Part shown: piece by piece, positions 37,856 through 47,125 of the stretch
How the letters are laid out: each line of letters starts with the position of its first letter
Numbering within the stretch: position 1 is the first letter of the stretch
Source: Actinomycetota bacterium
GTDB lineage: Bacteria; Actinomycetota; UBA4738
Assembly: GCA_040414485.1 (NCBI GenBank)
Contig: JBEDUK010000027.1
Span: forward strand, 9,208 to 73,207
Reading direction: 5' to 3'
DNA length: 64,000 nucleotides
Made by a program: the position numbers and the translations under genes
The notes under the pieces: generated by a model
What the model saw: only the letters and a program-made list of their open reading frames with translations
What the model was told of the DNA's origin: nothing
Databases searched by the model: none

Positions 37856-39199
37856 TCAGCATGCAGGTGCCTCGCCCTCCGCGTGCGTGACACCGGACCG
37901 GAACGGTTGGGTTCGGAGCACGCGCAGCACCGCGGCGCCGCAGAGGTACAGGAGCACGCCAACCCACGGGATGCCGGTCGGGCCGTGGTAGCTGGGACCG
38001 GACACGGCAACGGCGAGGAGCCCGGCCACCACCGCGGCCATTCCGACCACGGTCGCTCCGTCGCGCAACAGCCCAGGCTCGACGGGACGCAGCACCGACC
38101 GGCGCAGTTCGATCCGGGCGAAAAGGGCGACCAGAACGGCGAGGATGACGGCGCAGGACGCGATCCACGGCACCCGCCACAGCAACCACGCTCCGGAGTG
38201 GATCGGGGGCTGCGCCATGACACCGGTCGGGAACAGCACGACGGCCGCGATCGCAGCCGCCGTCATGTGCCAGAGGAACACGGTCAGGATGACCGCATTG
38301 GCCGCGATGACCGCGGTCCACGGCCGGGTCCGGCGAAGCCATCGGTTGGCCGCGGGCTGCAGGGCCAGAACCACGCCGACCTGCGTGGCGGCGAGCGCCA
38401 TCAGTGCCAGGGTCGGTGGGGCCGTGTTGTCGCTCCCGACCATGGGGATCTCGTACGGGCCCACCACGGTCAGCCCGATCAGGACGATCAGACTGCCGGC
38501 CGCGAACGCGAGTGCCTGCCAAGGGCTCAGCCGCAGGAGCCCGTCCCGCCAGCAGAAACCGAGCTGGTAGACCGCCAGCCAGGCGAACAGGTAGCTGCTC
38601 TCGCCCACGATCGGCACGTCCAGGCCCATCCGCAGCAGGTCGGCGAGGGCGACGAGGACCACCATCGCCACCGGGACGGCCAGCCCAGCCCGGCGGTGAA
38701 GCGCATACAGCCACGGCGTGAGCACCACCATGGCGAGGTAGGCCACCAGGAACCAGAGCGGAATGGAGGCCAGCCAGGCCGCGGTGCCGAGGAGCTTCCT
38801 GTCCACCCCGGCCGCGCGCGCGATCAGCGTCACCACGGGCAGCACCACGAAGAGCGCAGTCGTCGGCCGAAGGAGGCGATCGGTCCGCCGCAACACCCAG
38901 CCGATGCCGTCGCCTCCCCGGGTGCGGTGCGACGCCATCGAGGCAGCGCTGGCGTACCCACCGACGAAGAAGAAGATCGGCATGACCTGGAACAGCCAGG
39001 TGAACGGGTCGATCCAGGTCAGAACGCCGAGCGCGTTGTACCCGGACAGGTGACCGTCCCGATAGACCACGGCGACGACGAACCAGTGCCCGAGCACCAC
39101 CAGGCAGATCGCGACCGCGCGCCACATGTCGGCGCTGCGTTCGCGACTCTCCGGCGTCCGCAACGCCAGGTTACGCACCGTCGACGTCAACCCGCTCAT
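37856..39199 (-). CDS. Acyltransferase-3 family membrane protein
   Basis: D.WRAVAICLVVLGHW, QVMPIFFFVGG, PLWFL.AYL, many TM helices. Confidence 0.88.
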   Translation of the reverse strand: MSGLTSTVRNLALRTPESRERSADMWRAVAICLVVLGHWFVVAVVYRDGHLSGYNALGVLTWIDPFTWLFQVMPIFFFVGGYASAASMASHRTRGGDGIGWVLRRTDRLLRPTTALFVVLPVVTLIARAAGVDRKLLGTAAWLASIPLWFLVAYLAMVVLTPWLYALHRRAGLAVPVAMVVLVALADLLRMGLDVPIVGESSYLFAWLAVYQLGFCWRDGLLRLSPWQALAFAAGSLIVLIGLTVVGPYEIPMVGSDNTAPPTLALMALAATQVGVVLALQPAANRWLRRTRPWTAVIAANAVILTVFLWHMTAAAIAAVVLFPTGVMAQPPIHSGAWLLWRVPWIASCAVILAVLVALFARIELRRSVLRPVEPGLLRDGATVVGMAAVVAGLLAVAVSGPSYHGPTGIPWVGVLLYLCGAAVLRVLRTQPFRSGVTHAEGEAPAC

Positions 39200-39407
39200 G
39201 ACATCAACCCCTGTCGATCCTGGCGCGCACAGGTCGCGACCGGGTCGAAGGCCGTACTGAGCCTATATCCCGGCCCCACCATGAGGTGAACGTGAGGCGA
39301 TTCGCGCGCTTTGGCACCGGCCCAATCGCCGCAAGGCGGCGACGCGGGCAGCGACAAAGCCGTGACCCCGCCGTCATGTTCGCCATCGGGCATGCCGAAA
39401 GAGTCGG

Positions 39408-39845
39408 ATGACCATGTGGGCCGAACGGCACATCGAGGGCCGAACCGGCGCCGGGACCGTCCTTGTGGCCGACGACGACGGCTTTTCAGCCGAGGCCCTG
39501 GCCGACCTGCTGGAGGACGAGGGCTTCTCCGTGATCGGGGTCGCCGTCGACGGGGAGCATGCGGTCGACGCGGCGCTTCGGCTCGCGCCCGATCTCGTGC
39601 TCATGGATCTTCGGATGCCGGGGATGGACGGCATCGAGGCGACGCGCAGGATCACGTCCCGCTCGCCGTCGCCGTGCGTGGTGATGCTCTCCGCATACGA
39701 CGAACTCATCCTGCGGCAGGAGGCCCGCCGCAGCGGCGCCACCGACTACCTGGTCAAGGGCTGTCGTCCCGAGGCGTTGTTCGACACCATGCGTCGCGCG
39801 ATCGCGGAGCGGAACTGCGCGCGGCCGGAGGCCGAATCGGCCTGA
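39408..39845 (+). CDS. Stand-alone response-regulator receiver
   Basis: VLVADDD, PDLVLMDLRMP, VMLS, YLVKG; no output domain. Confidence 0.85.
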   Translation: MTMWAERHIEGRTGAGTVLVADDDGFSAEALADLLEDEGFSVIGVAVDGEHAVDAALRLAPDLVLMDLRMPGMDGIEATRRITSRSPSPCVVMLSAYDELILRQEARRSGATDYLVKGCRPEALFDTMRRAIAERNCARPEAESA

Positions 39846-39984
39846 GCCTGCCGCTGGTGTGGAACGAGGACAGCTGGACGTTGCCCAGGTTGCGCCGACC
39901 CCGTGGGCCAGCGTCCCGCCAGGAAGCGCAAGGCCCCACACCCCGGACGGAGCTCACCATGGCGTGCTTCCGCACCCGGAAGCA

Positions 39985-40016
39985 GCGGCCGGCTCCCCTT
40001 TCGGAGAGCCGGCCGC
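39985..40016. terminator. Probable bidirectional terminator between convergent genes
   Basis: GCGGCCGGCTC-ccctttcgga-GAGCCGGCCGC (11-bp stem). A second 8-bp hairpin lies at 39965-39984. Confidence 0.6.
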
Positions 40017-40057
40017 CACCGGCTGGTCACGGTCGCGGCGAAGCCGCGCCCGCTGGA

Positions 40058-41251
40058 TCAGAAGTCGCCGATCCCGTTCGGTGTCCCGAGGCCCGTCGGG
40101 CCGTCATACCCGACACCGGCGGTGCAGACGTAGGAACCGCCGCAGCTGCCGTTCGATCCGGACGTGACGTCGAAGAGCTTGTCGGGGTCCTGGTAGACCC
40201 GCTTGCCGTACGTGACCGAGTCACCGGCGAGCGCGAACACCGACGCGATGATCGGCGATGCCTCGCTCGTCCCGCCGACCACCAGCCATCCGCCGTAATT
40301 GAACGTGTCATACACCGCCGCGCCGCTGGTCGGTGAGGCGTCGGCCGCCACGTCGGAGTAGGTCCGACCGTCGCACCCCTTGTCCGTCTGCCACTTCTGC
40401 TTCGCGAACTGGGCGGAACAGCCGCTCCCGGTTCCGGCCCACGCCGTCTCGGTCCATCCGCGCTTGCTGGAATCCCGCCGGAGATACGTCCCGCCGACGG
40501 AGATCACCCATTGGGACGACGTCGGGAACGTGTGGTAGTCGTTGTAGCCCCAGTCACCGGACGCCACCGTGATGGCCACACCGGGATGCTTGTAGTACTT
40601 CTCGTTGATGTGGACGTTGCGGTCCTTCGTCCTGTTGTCATAGGAATTGCTGACCGCGTCGGCGCCCATCGCGACCGCCCGGTTGACGGCCTCGCCGAGA
40701 TGTTCGATCCCGCCACTGTAGGCGTCCACCAGCAGGATCTTGCAGTTCGGGCAGATGGCCGAGACCATGTCCAGGTCGAGCGAGGTCTCGAGGCCCCAGC
40801 CCACGTTCGTCGGCGGCCAATTGTGGTCGCCGGCCGAGGTGACCTCGGTGAAGCAGCCGTTCCCCGTGGTGCACTTCGAGAGGCCGTATGTCTGGCGGTA
40901 GACGGCCAGGTCGGCTTCTGCGTTCGGGTCGTGCCAGGCATCGACGATGCCGACGGTCATCCCCTGCCCGTGGTCCGAGGAAGGCAGTTTGTACGCGTCC
41001 TGCAGGTCGGCCGGCCCCAGCCCGCTCGGCGCGGGGGTCGTGAACGGCCGGTTCTTGCTGTCGACCAGGACGAGCGACATGCAATGGGCGATACCGTTCG
41101 GCAGGTCCGCGCAGACCCGCTGCGCGTGCAGCCCCGCCGGCCTCGGCCACGTCGCCAGCCCGTGCGAGCTTGGCGCGGCGCTGGCACTGGCCGACTCGAC
41201 ACCGGTCACGAGCAGGCCGACGCTCGCAAGGAGCATCAGGAATTTCTTCAT
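40058..41251 (-). CDS. Secreted S53 (sedolisin-like) serine peptidase
   Basis: Signal peptide, ETSLD (ExxxD), VASGD, GGTSEASP, GYDGPTGLGTP. ATG 41251 lies 9 nt after an AAGGAG RBS. Confidence 0.88.
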   Translation of the reverse strand: MKKFLMLLASVGLLVTGVESASASAAPSSHGLATWPRPAGLHAQRVCADLPNGIAHCMSLVLVDSKNRPFTTPAPSGLGPADLQDAYKLPSSDHGQGMTVGIVDAWHDPNAEADLAVYRQTYGLSKCTTGNGCFTEVTSAGDHNWPPTNVGWGLETSLDLDMVSAICPNCKILLVDAYSGGIEHLGEAVNRAVAMGADAVSNSYDNRTKDRNVHINEKYYKHPGVAITVASGDWGYNDYHTFPTSSQWVISVGGTYLRRDSSKRGWTETAWAGTGSGCSAQFAKQKWQTDKGCDGRTYSDVAADASPTSGAAVYDTFNYGGWLVVGGTSEASPIIASVFALAGDSVTYGKRVYQDPDKLFDVTSGSNGSCGGSYVCTAGVGYDGPTGLGTPNGIGDF

Positions 41252-41532
41252 CGACACCGACTCCTTTCACCTACTCCCGCGACGGCCCGCGCCCGCGGGC
41301 CTCCTCCCGACGGCGGGGATCGCGGCTCCCCCCGGATGCCGCGAGACGGCGCCGGTGGATGCTCCGGCCGCCCCGACCGTCGGCGTAGCATATGCCCTTT
41401 CCGGGACGGGTTCGCTCCGACACGCAATCCGGCACGAAGAGGGGCGAACGTGATCAACGTCGCACACCCCTGATGCGCGGGCCGCCGATGCGCGAACGGC
41501 TTGATGGATTCGGCCCCGTGGTCACGTCGCTA

Positions 41533-41564
41533 CGTGGCCGCGTGACCGCGTGACCACGTGACCA
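41533..41564. repeat. 8-bp tandem array x4 with an inverted copy
   Basis: cgtggccg cgtgaccg cgtgacca cgtgacca; inverted gtggtcacg at 41518-41526. Confidence 0.8.
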
Positions 41565-41605
41565 CCCCAACCGTCAGAACCGCCGGGGAGAGGAGACGCA
41601 ACGAC

Positions 41606-42976
41606 ATGAGCACATCCACCATGGACGCCGGCGCGGATGCGACGGCTGAGGTCACCGAGCTCCTGCAAGCGCTCATCCGCAACGCCTGTGTGAACGACGG
41701 CTCCGCGGAATCCGGGCAGGAGGTCCGCAGCGCGGACGTCATCGCCGCCTATCTGGAGGGCTCCGGGCTGGATCTGCAGGGCTACGAGGCAGTACCCGGC
41801 AGGGCCAACCTGGTCGGCAGGATCGAGGGCAGCGATCCCGACGCGCCGACGCTGTTGCTGATGGGTCACACCGACGTCGTGCCCGTCAATCCCGCGAGCT
41901 GGCGCCATGACCCGTTCGGCGGAGAGCTGATCGACGGCGAAATCTGGGGCCGCGGTGCCGTCGACATGCTGAACGAGACCGCCTCGATGGCGGTGGCCTT
42001 CAAGCGGCTGGCGAAGTCCGGCTTCGCGCCGAAGGGCACGCTCGTGTATCTGGCCGTCGCGGACGAGGAGGCGCTCGGAACCTACGGCGCGGACTGGATG
42101 CTGCAGCACGAGACCGACGCCGTGCGAGCGGACTACGTCATCACCGAATCCGGCGGTTTCGCGATGCCCCTGCCCACCGCCGGGGGGCCGAAGCTCCCCG
42201 TGATGGTCGGCGAGAAGGGCGCGTTCTGGGCCCGCATCACCGTCACGGGCACGCCTGGGCACGGTTCGATGCCGCTTCGAACCGACAACGCGCTGGTCAA
42301 GGCGGCCCGCGTCGTCGAACGCCTCGCGGCACACCAGCCGGAGACGCAGATCGACGGCATCTGGCGGCGCTTCGTCGAATCGGTAAGGCTCCCCGACGAG
42401 ATCTCGAACGTCCTGCTCGACCCCGACTCGCTGAACGCCTTCTGCCGGAGCGAGTCGACCGATCTGGGTCTGGCGCGGATGGTCCACGCGGCGACGCACA
42501 CGACGATCGCGCCCACGATCGGGCACGGCGGCGTGAAGACGAACGTCATCCCGGATCGTGTCGACCTCGAGGTGGACGTCAGGACCCTCCCGGGGCAGTC
42601 CGACGCCGACGTGCTGGCGATCCTCACCGAGGCCATCGGACCCGACCTGATGCGCGACGTCGAGATCACGACGTCGACATCGAACGAGGCGACGGCCTCC
42701 GCGATGGACACACCGCTGTGGGACTCGCTGGCGAGGGTCTCGAACGCCCTGGTGCCGGGCGCCGAGACGGTGCCGTTCATGATCGTCGGCGCCACGGACG
42801 CGCGCTTCTTCCGCCGCGCCGGGTCGGTCGCGTACGGATACGGCCTGTTCAGCGACCGGATCTCATTCAAGGACTACGGCTCGATGTTCCACGGCAATGA
42901 CGAGCGCATCGACCAGGAGTCACTTCGGCTCGCCGAAGCGCTCTGGGAGGCCGTGGCCCGGGACTTTCTGGGGTAG
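41606..42976 (+). CDS. M20/M25/M40 family metallopeptidase/amidohydrolase
   Basis: GHTDVVP, WGRGAVDM, ADEE, GTPGHGS, HGNDE. GAGGAG RBS. Confidence 0.92.
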   Translation: MSTSTMDAGADATAEVTELLQALIRNACVNDGSAESGQEVRSADVIAAYLEGSGLDLQGYEAVPGRANLVGRIEGSDPDAPTLLLMGHTDVVPVNPASWRHDPFGGELIDGEIWGRGAVDMLNETASMAVAFKRLAKSGFAPKGTLVYLAVADEEALGTYGADWMLQHETDAVRADYVITESGGFAMPLPTAGGPKLPVMVGEKGAFWARITVTGTPGHGSMPLRTDNALVKAARVVERLAAHQPETQIDGIWRRFVESVRLPDEISNVLLDPDSLNAFCRSESTDLGLARMVHAATHTTIAPTIGHGGVKTNVIPDRVDLEVDVRTLPGQSDADVLAILTEAIGPDLMRDVEITTSTSNEATASAMDTPLWDSLARVSNALVPGAETVPFMIVGATDARFFRRAGSVAYGYGLFSDRISFKDYGSMFHGNDERIDQESLRLAEALWEAVARDFLG

Positions 42977-43043
42977 GGCGACCTCGAATCCCCGCCGGCG
43001 GCTTCAGTCGGCACCACGGCCGGGCCGATGCTTGATATCGAAT

Positions 43044-45410
43044 GTGACCACGCACCCGGACCGCCGGCTCGGGCCGTCGCCGTCCGGCGACGCGCCCCGG
43101 ATGCTCGCCGCGCTCATGGCGGGCACGCACGAGGCCGTCTCGTTCTGGGAACGCGGTGAGGACCGCAGCCTCCGCCTGATCGACGCCAACCCCGCGTTCA
43201 TGGACGCGATCGGCCGCGGAGACCAGGCCGTTCCGGTCGGCGGCGCGATCGAGGACCTCATCGAGCGAATTCCGCCCGAAGGTCTGGCGCTGGCGCAGCA
43301 TGTCCTGGACACCGGCCGGCCGTTCTCGCTCGAGAACTACTCGGTTCGCGCATCCACCGGACACCGGCGCTGGGACATCACGCTCACGCCGCTCGACGGC
43401 TCGGTTCCTCAGCAGGTGCTGGTGAGCATCCTCGACGTGACGGCGAAGACCGATGCGGAAGAACGCCTGGCCGGCTCCACCGGCGCGGTGAGGGAGGCGG
43501 CCGACCTGGGCGCGTGCGTGCTGGAGTCCGTCGGTGGGGTGGTTCGCGCCCTGTCGGACGACGGCGGGCTCGACGACGTCATGGCGTCCGCCGCCGCCGG
43601 GATCCGCTTGGCGTTCGGACTGGAGGCGGTCGCGCTGGTGCTCAACGAGGCGGACCACATCTACGAGGTCCGCGCAACGGTGCCGGACGCGGCCGGGGCG
43701 AGTCCGGGCGGCTGGTACCCGGACGGGACGGTCGAAGCGTTTCTGGACCGGCCGTTCGAGGTGTGCCCCGACGTCTACTTCGTCCCGCACGATCATGAGG
43801 AACCCGCGTGGTGGCGCCAGGGCCGCCCCGCGGCGCTGGGCGACCTCGGATGGGATGGACCGGGATCGTGGCATCCCCACGACGCGTGCTTCGTACGACT
43901 GCGGACATCGCACGGACACCGGATCGGTCTGCTCTGGCTTGGTTCGGGTGAGAACCGGACGCTTCCGACCCAGGCGGAGTTCCGGATGATCGGCACCTAC
44001 GCGGCCGTGGCGGCGAGCGTCGCCGAGGCGGCGCACCGCGCCCGGGATCTCGCCACCTCACGCGGCGAACGCCAGATGACCGCGCTGCACCACGACCTCA
44101 TGGAGGAGCTGATGCTCCACCGGCACCTGGTGGAGATCGGCGGCAAGCTCGGGGGGAAGGACGCCGCGACGTCGCCCGCAGCCGTGTTCGACCTGCTGGC
44201 GCAGCGCCTGCAGGAGGTGCTGCCGATCAAGTCGCTGACGATCAACCGCGTCGACCACGTGACGGGGACCTACCGGCCGATCTACCACTCCGAGCCCGGC
44301 CCGGTGGCCGACGCGATCCTCCGGTTCGAGGCGCCGATCGGCGCCGGCGCGACGGGACTGGCCGCGCAGACGGCGCAGCACGTCATCGAGAACGCCGGGC
44401 CCGACCAGGCCGCCGTCGAGGTTCCCGGGACGCCCGACGACGACGAGCACCTGTTGGCCGCGCCGGTCGTGATCGACGACAGGGTCCGCGCGGTCCTCAC
44501 CCTTCGTCGCTCCTGGCGCGCGAACCCGTTCACGCCGGCCGACGCGCGCCGGGCGGAGCTCTTCTCCCAGCACATCGCCGCCGCCATCCTCCTGGTCGAA
44601 CTGGCCGAGGCCGGCGAGGAGCTCGCGGGCAACCGGCTGGTTTTGGCCGAACAGGTGAAGAGGCTCGAAGCCCTGAACCGCATCAAGGACGAATTCATCG
44701 CGAACGTCTCCCACGAGTTGCGAACGCCGCTGACCGCCGTCCTGGGCAACCTCGCCACGGTGACCGGAACGGCGGACATACCTCCGGAGATCAAGGAGGA
44801 GCTCCTGGAGGCGGCGGAGCGCCAGGCCCGGCGGCTGGGCGAGCTGCTCGAGAACCTCCTGGCGGCGTCCCGCCTGGCGGGCGAGGAGCCGGCCGTGGTG
44901 GTCGAGGAGATCGACGTGCGGAGTTTCGTGAACGAGATAGCCTCGGTGCTCCGCTCCCGCGCGCCGCGGCGTTCGATCGCCGTTCGCGTCCGCGGGACGC
45001 CGGTCGTGCAGAGCGATCCGACCCTCCTCTACCGGATCCTGTACAACCTCGGCGACAACGCGCTGAAGTACTCCGACGACCGAGTCTCGCTCGCAGCGGG
45101 GTTGCGCGACGGCCGCGTCCATATCGACGTGACCGATCACGGCGTCGGGATCGATCCCGCCGACCTTCCGAGGGTGTTCGACCGCTTCCAGCAACTCGAG
45201 GCGGCGGCGACCCGCCGGGTCGGCGGCGTCGGCCTCGGCCTGTACCTGTCCAGCCGCCTGGCCATCGCGCTCGGGGGGCGGATCGACGTTCGCAGCGAAC
45301 CGGGCCGCGGTTCGACGTTCACGCTCATGCTGCCGGTGCACCCGCAGATGAGCCTGATGGACCGCACGGCGGGTGCCGATTCGGACGACCTCGATCGGCC
45401 CACCGCGTAG
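43044..45410 (+). CDS. Cytoplasmic PAS/GAF sensor histidine kinase
   Basis: PAS-like N-terminus (LIDANPAF), two GAF-like regions, NVSHELRTPL, NLGDNALKY, DHGVGI, GVGLGL. Start approximate. Confidence 0.88.
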   Translation: MTTHPDRRLGPSPSGDAPRMLAALMAGTHEAVSFWERGEDRSLRLIDANPAFMDAIGRGDQAVPVGGAIEDLIERIPPEGLALAQHVLDTGRPFSLENYSVRASTGHRRWDITLTPLDGSVPQQVLVSILDVTAKTDAEERLAGSTGAVREAADLGACVLESVGGVVRALSDDGGLDDVMASAAAGIRLAFGLEAVALVLNEADHIYEVRATVPDAAGASPGGWYPDGTVEAFLDRPFEVCPDVYFVPHDHEEPAWWRQGRPAALGDLGWDGPGSWHPHDACFVRLRTSHGHRIGLLWLGSGENRTLPTQAEFRMIGTYAAVAASVAEAAHRARDLATSRGERQMTALHHDLMEELMLHRHLVEIGGKLGGKDAATSPAAVFDLLAQRLQEVLPIKSLTINRVDHVTGTYRPIYHSEPGPVADAILRFEAPIGAGATGLAAQTAQHVIENAGPDQAAVEVPGTPDDDEHLLAAPVVIDDRVRAVLTLRRSWRANPFTPADARRAELFSQHIAAAILLVELAEAGEELAGNRLVLAEQVKRLEALNRIKDEFIANVSHELRTPLTAVLGNLATVTGTADIPPEIKEELLEAAERQARRLGELLENLLAASRLAGEEPAVVVEEIDVRSFVNEIASVLRSRAPRRSIAVRVRGTPVVQSDPTLLYRILYNLGDNALKYSDDRVSLAAGLRDGRVHIDVTDHGVGIDPADLPRVFDRFQQLEAAATRRVGGVGLGLYLSSRLAIALGGRIDVRSEPGRGSTFTLMLPVHPQMSLMDRTAGADSDDLDRPTA

Positions 45411-45439
45411 CCCCCGGGCTCGCGGTTCCCGGTTGGGGA

Positions 45440-46426
45440 CTACACGGCGAATCGAACGTGCAGCACGTCGCCCTCGCGGACCACGTAGTCCTTTCCCTCC
45501 ACCCGAAGAAGGCCCTTCGCCTTCGCCGCGTCCCAGCCTCCGGTCGCGACCAGGTCGTCGTACCCGACCACTTCCGCGCGGATGAAGCCCCGCTGGAGGT
45601 CCGAATGGATCGCGCCGGCGGCCTCGGGGGCGAGCGCCCCCGAGCGGACCTCCCATGCACGGGTCTCGTCCTCCCCCGTCGTCAGGAACGTGATCAGGTC
45701 GAGCGCCCGGTAGCACGCGGCGACGACGGAATGCAGGCCCGGCTCGTGGACGCCGAACTCGTCGAGGAGCGCCCGCGCCTCGGCCTCGTCCATCCCCGCG
45801 GTCTCGGCTTCGATCTCGGCCCAGACGCCGACGGTTCCCGGCGGCAGGTCCGAAGGAACATCCTCCCCCTCCTCCAGATTGGCGACGACGACGAGCGGCT
45901 TCAGCGTCAGCGGAGCGATCCCCTTGAGAGCACGTCGGCCGGATTCGTCCAGGTCGGCGTCGCGCAGCGGCCGCTCGGCCACGAGCTCGGCCTGCGCGTG
46001 CTCGAGGATCGCGACCTCCTCCGACGCCTCCTTCTGCCCACGGCCCTTGGCCCGTCTGCGCGCGCCCTCGAGCGCGGACTCGACCACGGCCATGTCCGCC
46101 AGCAGAAGGTCGGCCCCGACCTCGGCCAGGTCGGCGGCCGGGTGACGGTCGCCGCCGAACGCGCGAAGGACCGCGCAGAGCGCGTCGGATTCACGCAGCG
46201 CCGCCAGCGACTGCGCCCCCGCGCCGCCGGGTGGATCGGTGAACCGAACCTGCGCGTGCACGCGCTTGCGCGAGCGTTCGAGATCGGACAGCACGTCGAC
46301 GCGGGGGTCGGGCACCGGGACGACGGCCTGATTCGCCCGACCGCCGGCGCTTCCTGCATGCGTGAGGGCGGTGAACAGCGTGGACTTGCCCGCGTACGGC
46401 AGCCCGACCAGTCCGATGTCCTTCAC
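45440..46426 (-). CDS. ychF: YchF/Obg-like ATPase with TGS (DUF933) domain, shortened
   Basis: GLPYAGKST, VVPVPDPR, TRAWEV...APEAAGAIHSDLQRGFIRAEV, EGKDYVVREGD. Confidence 0.82.
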   Translation of the reverse strand: MKDIGLVGLPYAGKSTLFTALTHAGSAGGRANQAVVPVPDPRVDVLSDLERSRKRVHAQVRFTDPPGGAGAQSLAALRESDALCAVLRAFGGDRHPAADLAEVGADLLLADMAVVESALEGARRRAKGRGQKEASEEVAILEHAQAELVAERPLRDADLDESGRRALKGIAPLTLKPLVVVANLEEGEDVPSDLPPGTVGVWAEIEAETAGMDEAEARALLDEFGVHEPGLHSVVAACYRALDLITFLTTGEDETRAWEVRSGALAPEAAGAIHSDLQRGFIRAEVVGYDDLVATGGWDAAKAKGLLRVEGKDYVVREGDVLHVRFAV

Positions 46427-46523
46427 GCGTCCCCTTTCCGTCCGCTCCGTCCGGCGTCGGTGCGCGGCCGGTCACGGCGCCCGGTCGCCGCGTCCTGGCG
46501 CCGCGAGGGTACGATGATGGCGT

Positions 46524-47057
46524 ATGAGCACGCGCCCGTGCGCCCGATGCGGAACCAGGATCCCGACCGACCAGTACCTCTGTGCGGATTGCCGCGAGGA
46601 GCGGCCGGTCGCCACCCAGGTCGCCGATCCCGGGCAGGAGTCGACGACGCCGGCCCAGACGCGTCCCATGTGGCGTGGCCGGCCGCTCGCGCGTGGCATG
46701 GTGCTCCCCAGCCGCACGCAGTACCACGGCACGATGTTCGCCTTCATCGCCGCGGCCGTTGCGGTGACCATGGCCGCCGCAGTGCTCATCAACAAGGGCG
46801 CCGGCCCGTTCACGGTCTCCGGCACGCGCGCAAGCGAGACGGGCGGGGTGGTGAAGGTCAGCGGCATCGTGCTGAACTCCGGGACCCGGGCCGGGCGTGC
46901 GCGGTGCGTGGCCACGTGGACCACCACGGACGGCGGTCGCCAGCAGTCGGGCGTGGTGCAGACGCCGGTGATCCTGGCGCAGGCGACCTACACGATCACG
47001 ATCCCGCTCACCGAGGTCACCGTGCTTCCGTCCGACCTGGGGATCGACTGCGCCTGA
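46524..47057 (+). CDS. Zinc-ribbon, single-TM hypothetical protein
   Basis: CARC...CADC, one hydrophobic helix, beta-rich C-terminal domain with two Cys. Confidence 0.72.
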   Translation: MSTRPCARCGTRIPTDQYLCADCREERPVATQVADPGQESTTPAQTRPMWRGRPLARGMVLPSRTQYHGTMFAFIAAAVAVTMAAAVLINKGAGPFTVSGTRASETGGVVKVSGIVLNSGTRAGRARCVATWTTTDGGRQQSGVVQTPVILAQATYTITIPLTEVTVLPSDLGIDCA

Positions 47058-47125
47058 CGCCCGACGCCTGACACCTGCCCGCCGACCTGTCGCCGCGCCG
47101 TCCCGACGCGCCGGCGCGGGCCCAG

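Noticed and set aside
39320-39370. c-di-GMP-I (GEMM)-like riboswitch before the stand-alone receiver
   Set aside because: A GCAA-capped hairpin plus GACGC and AAAGC are present, but these are split by 10 nt and the P1/P3 consensus is not evident
43004-43031. Sigma28/WhiG-like GCCGAT boxes before the PAS/GAF kinase, and similarly near the cyclase promoter
   Set aside because: No TAAA-like -35 at the required spacing, and GCCGAT is frequent at this GC content
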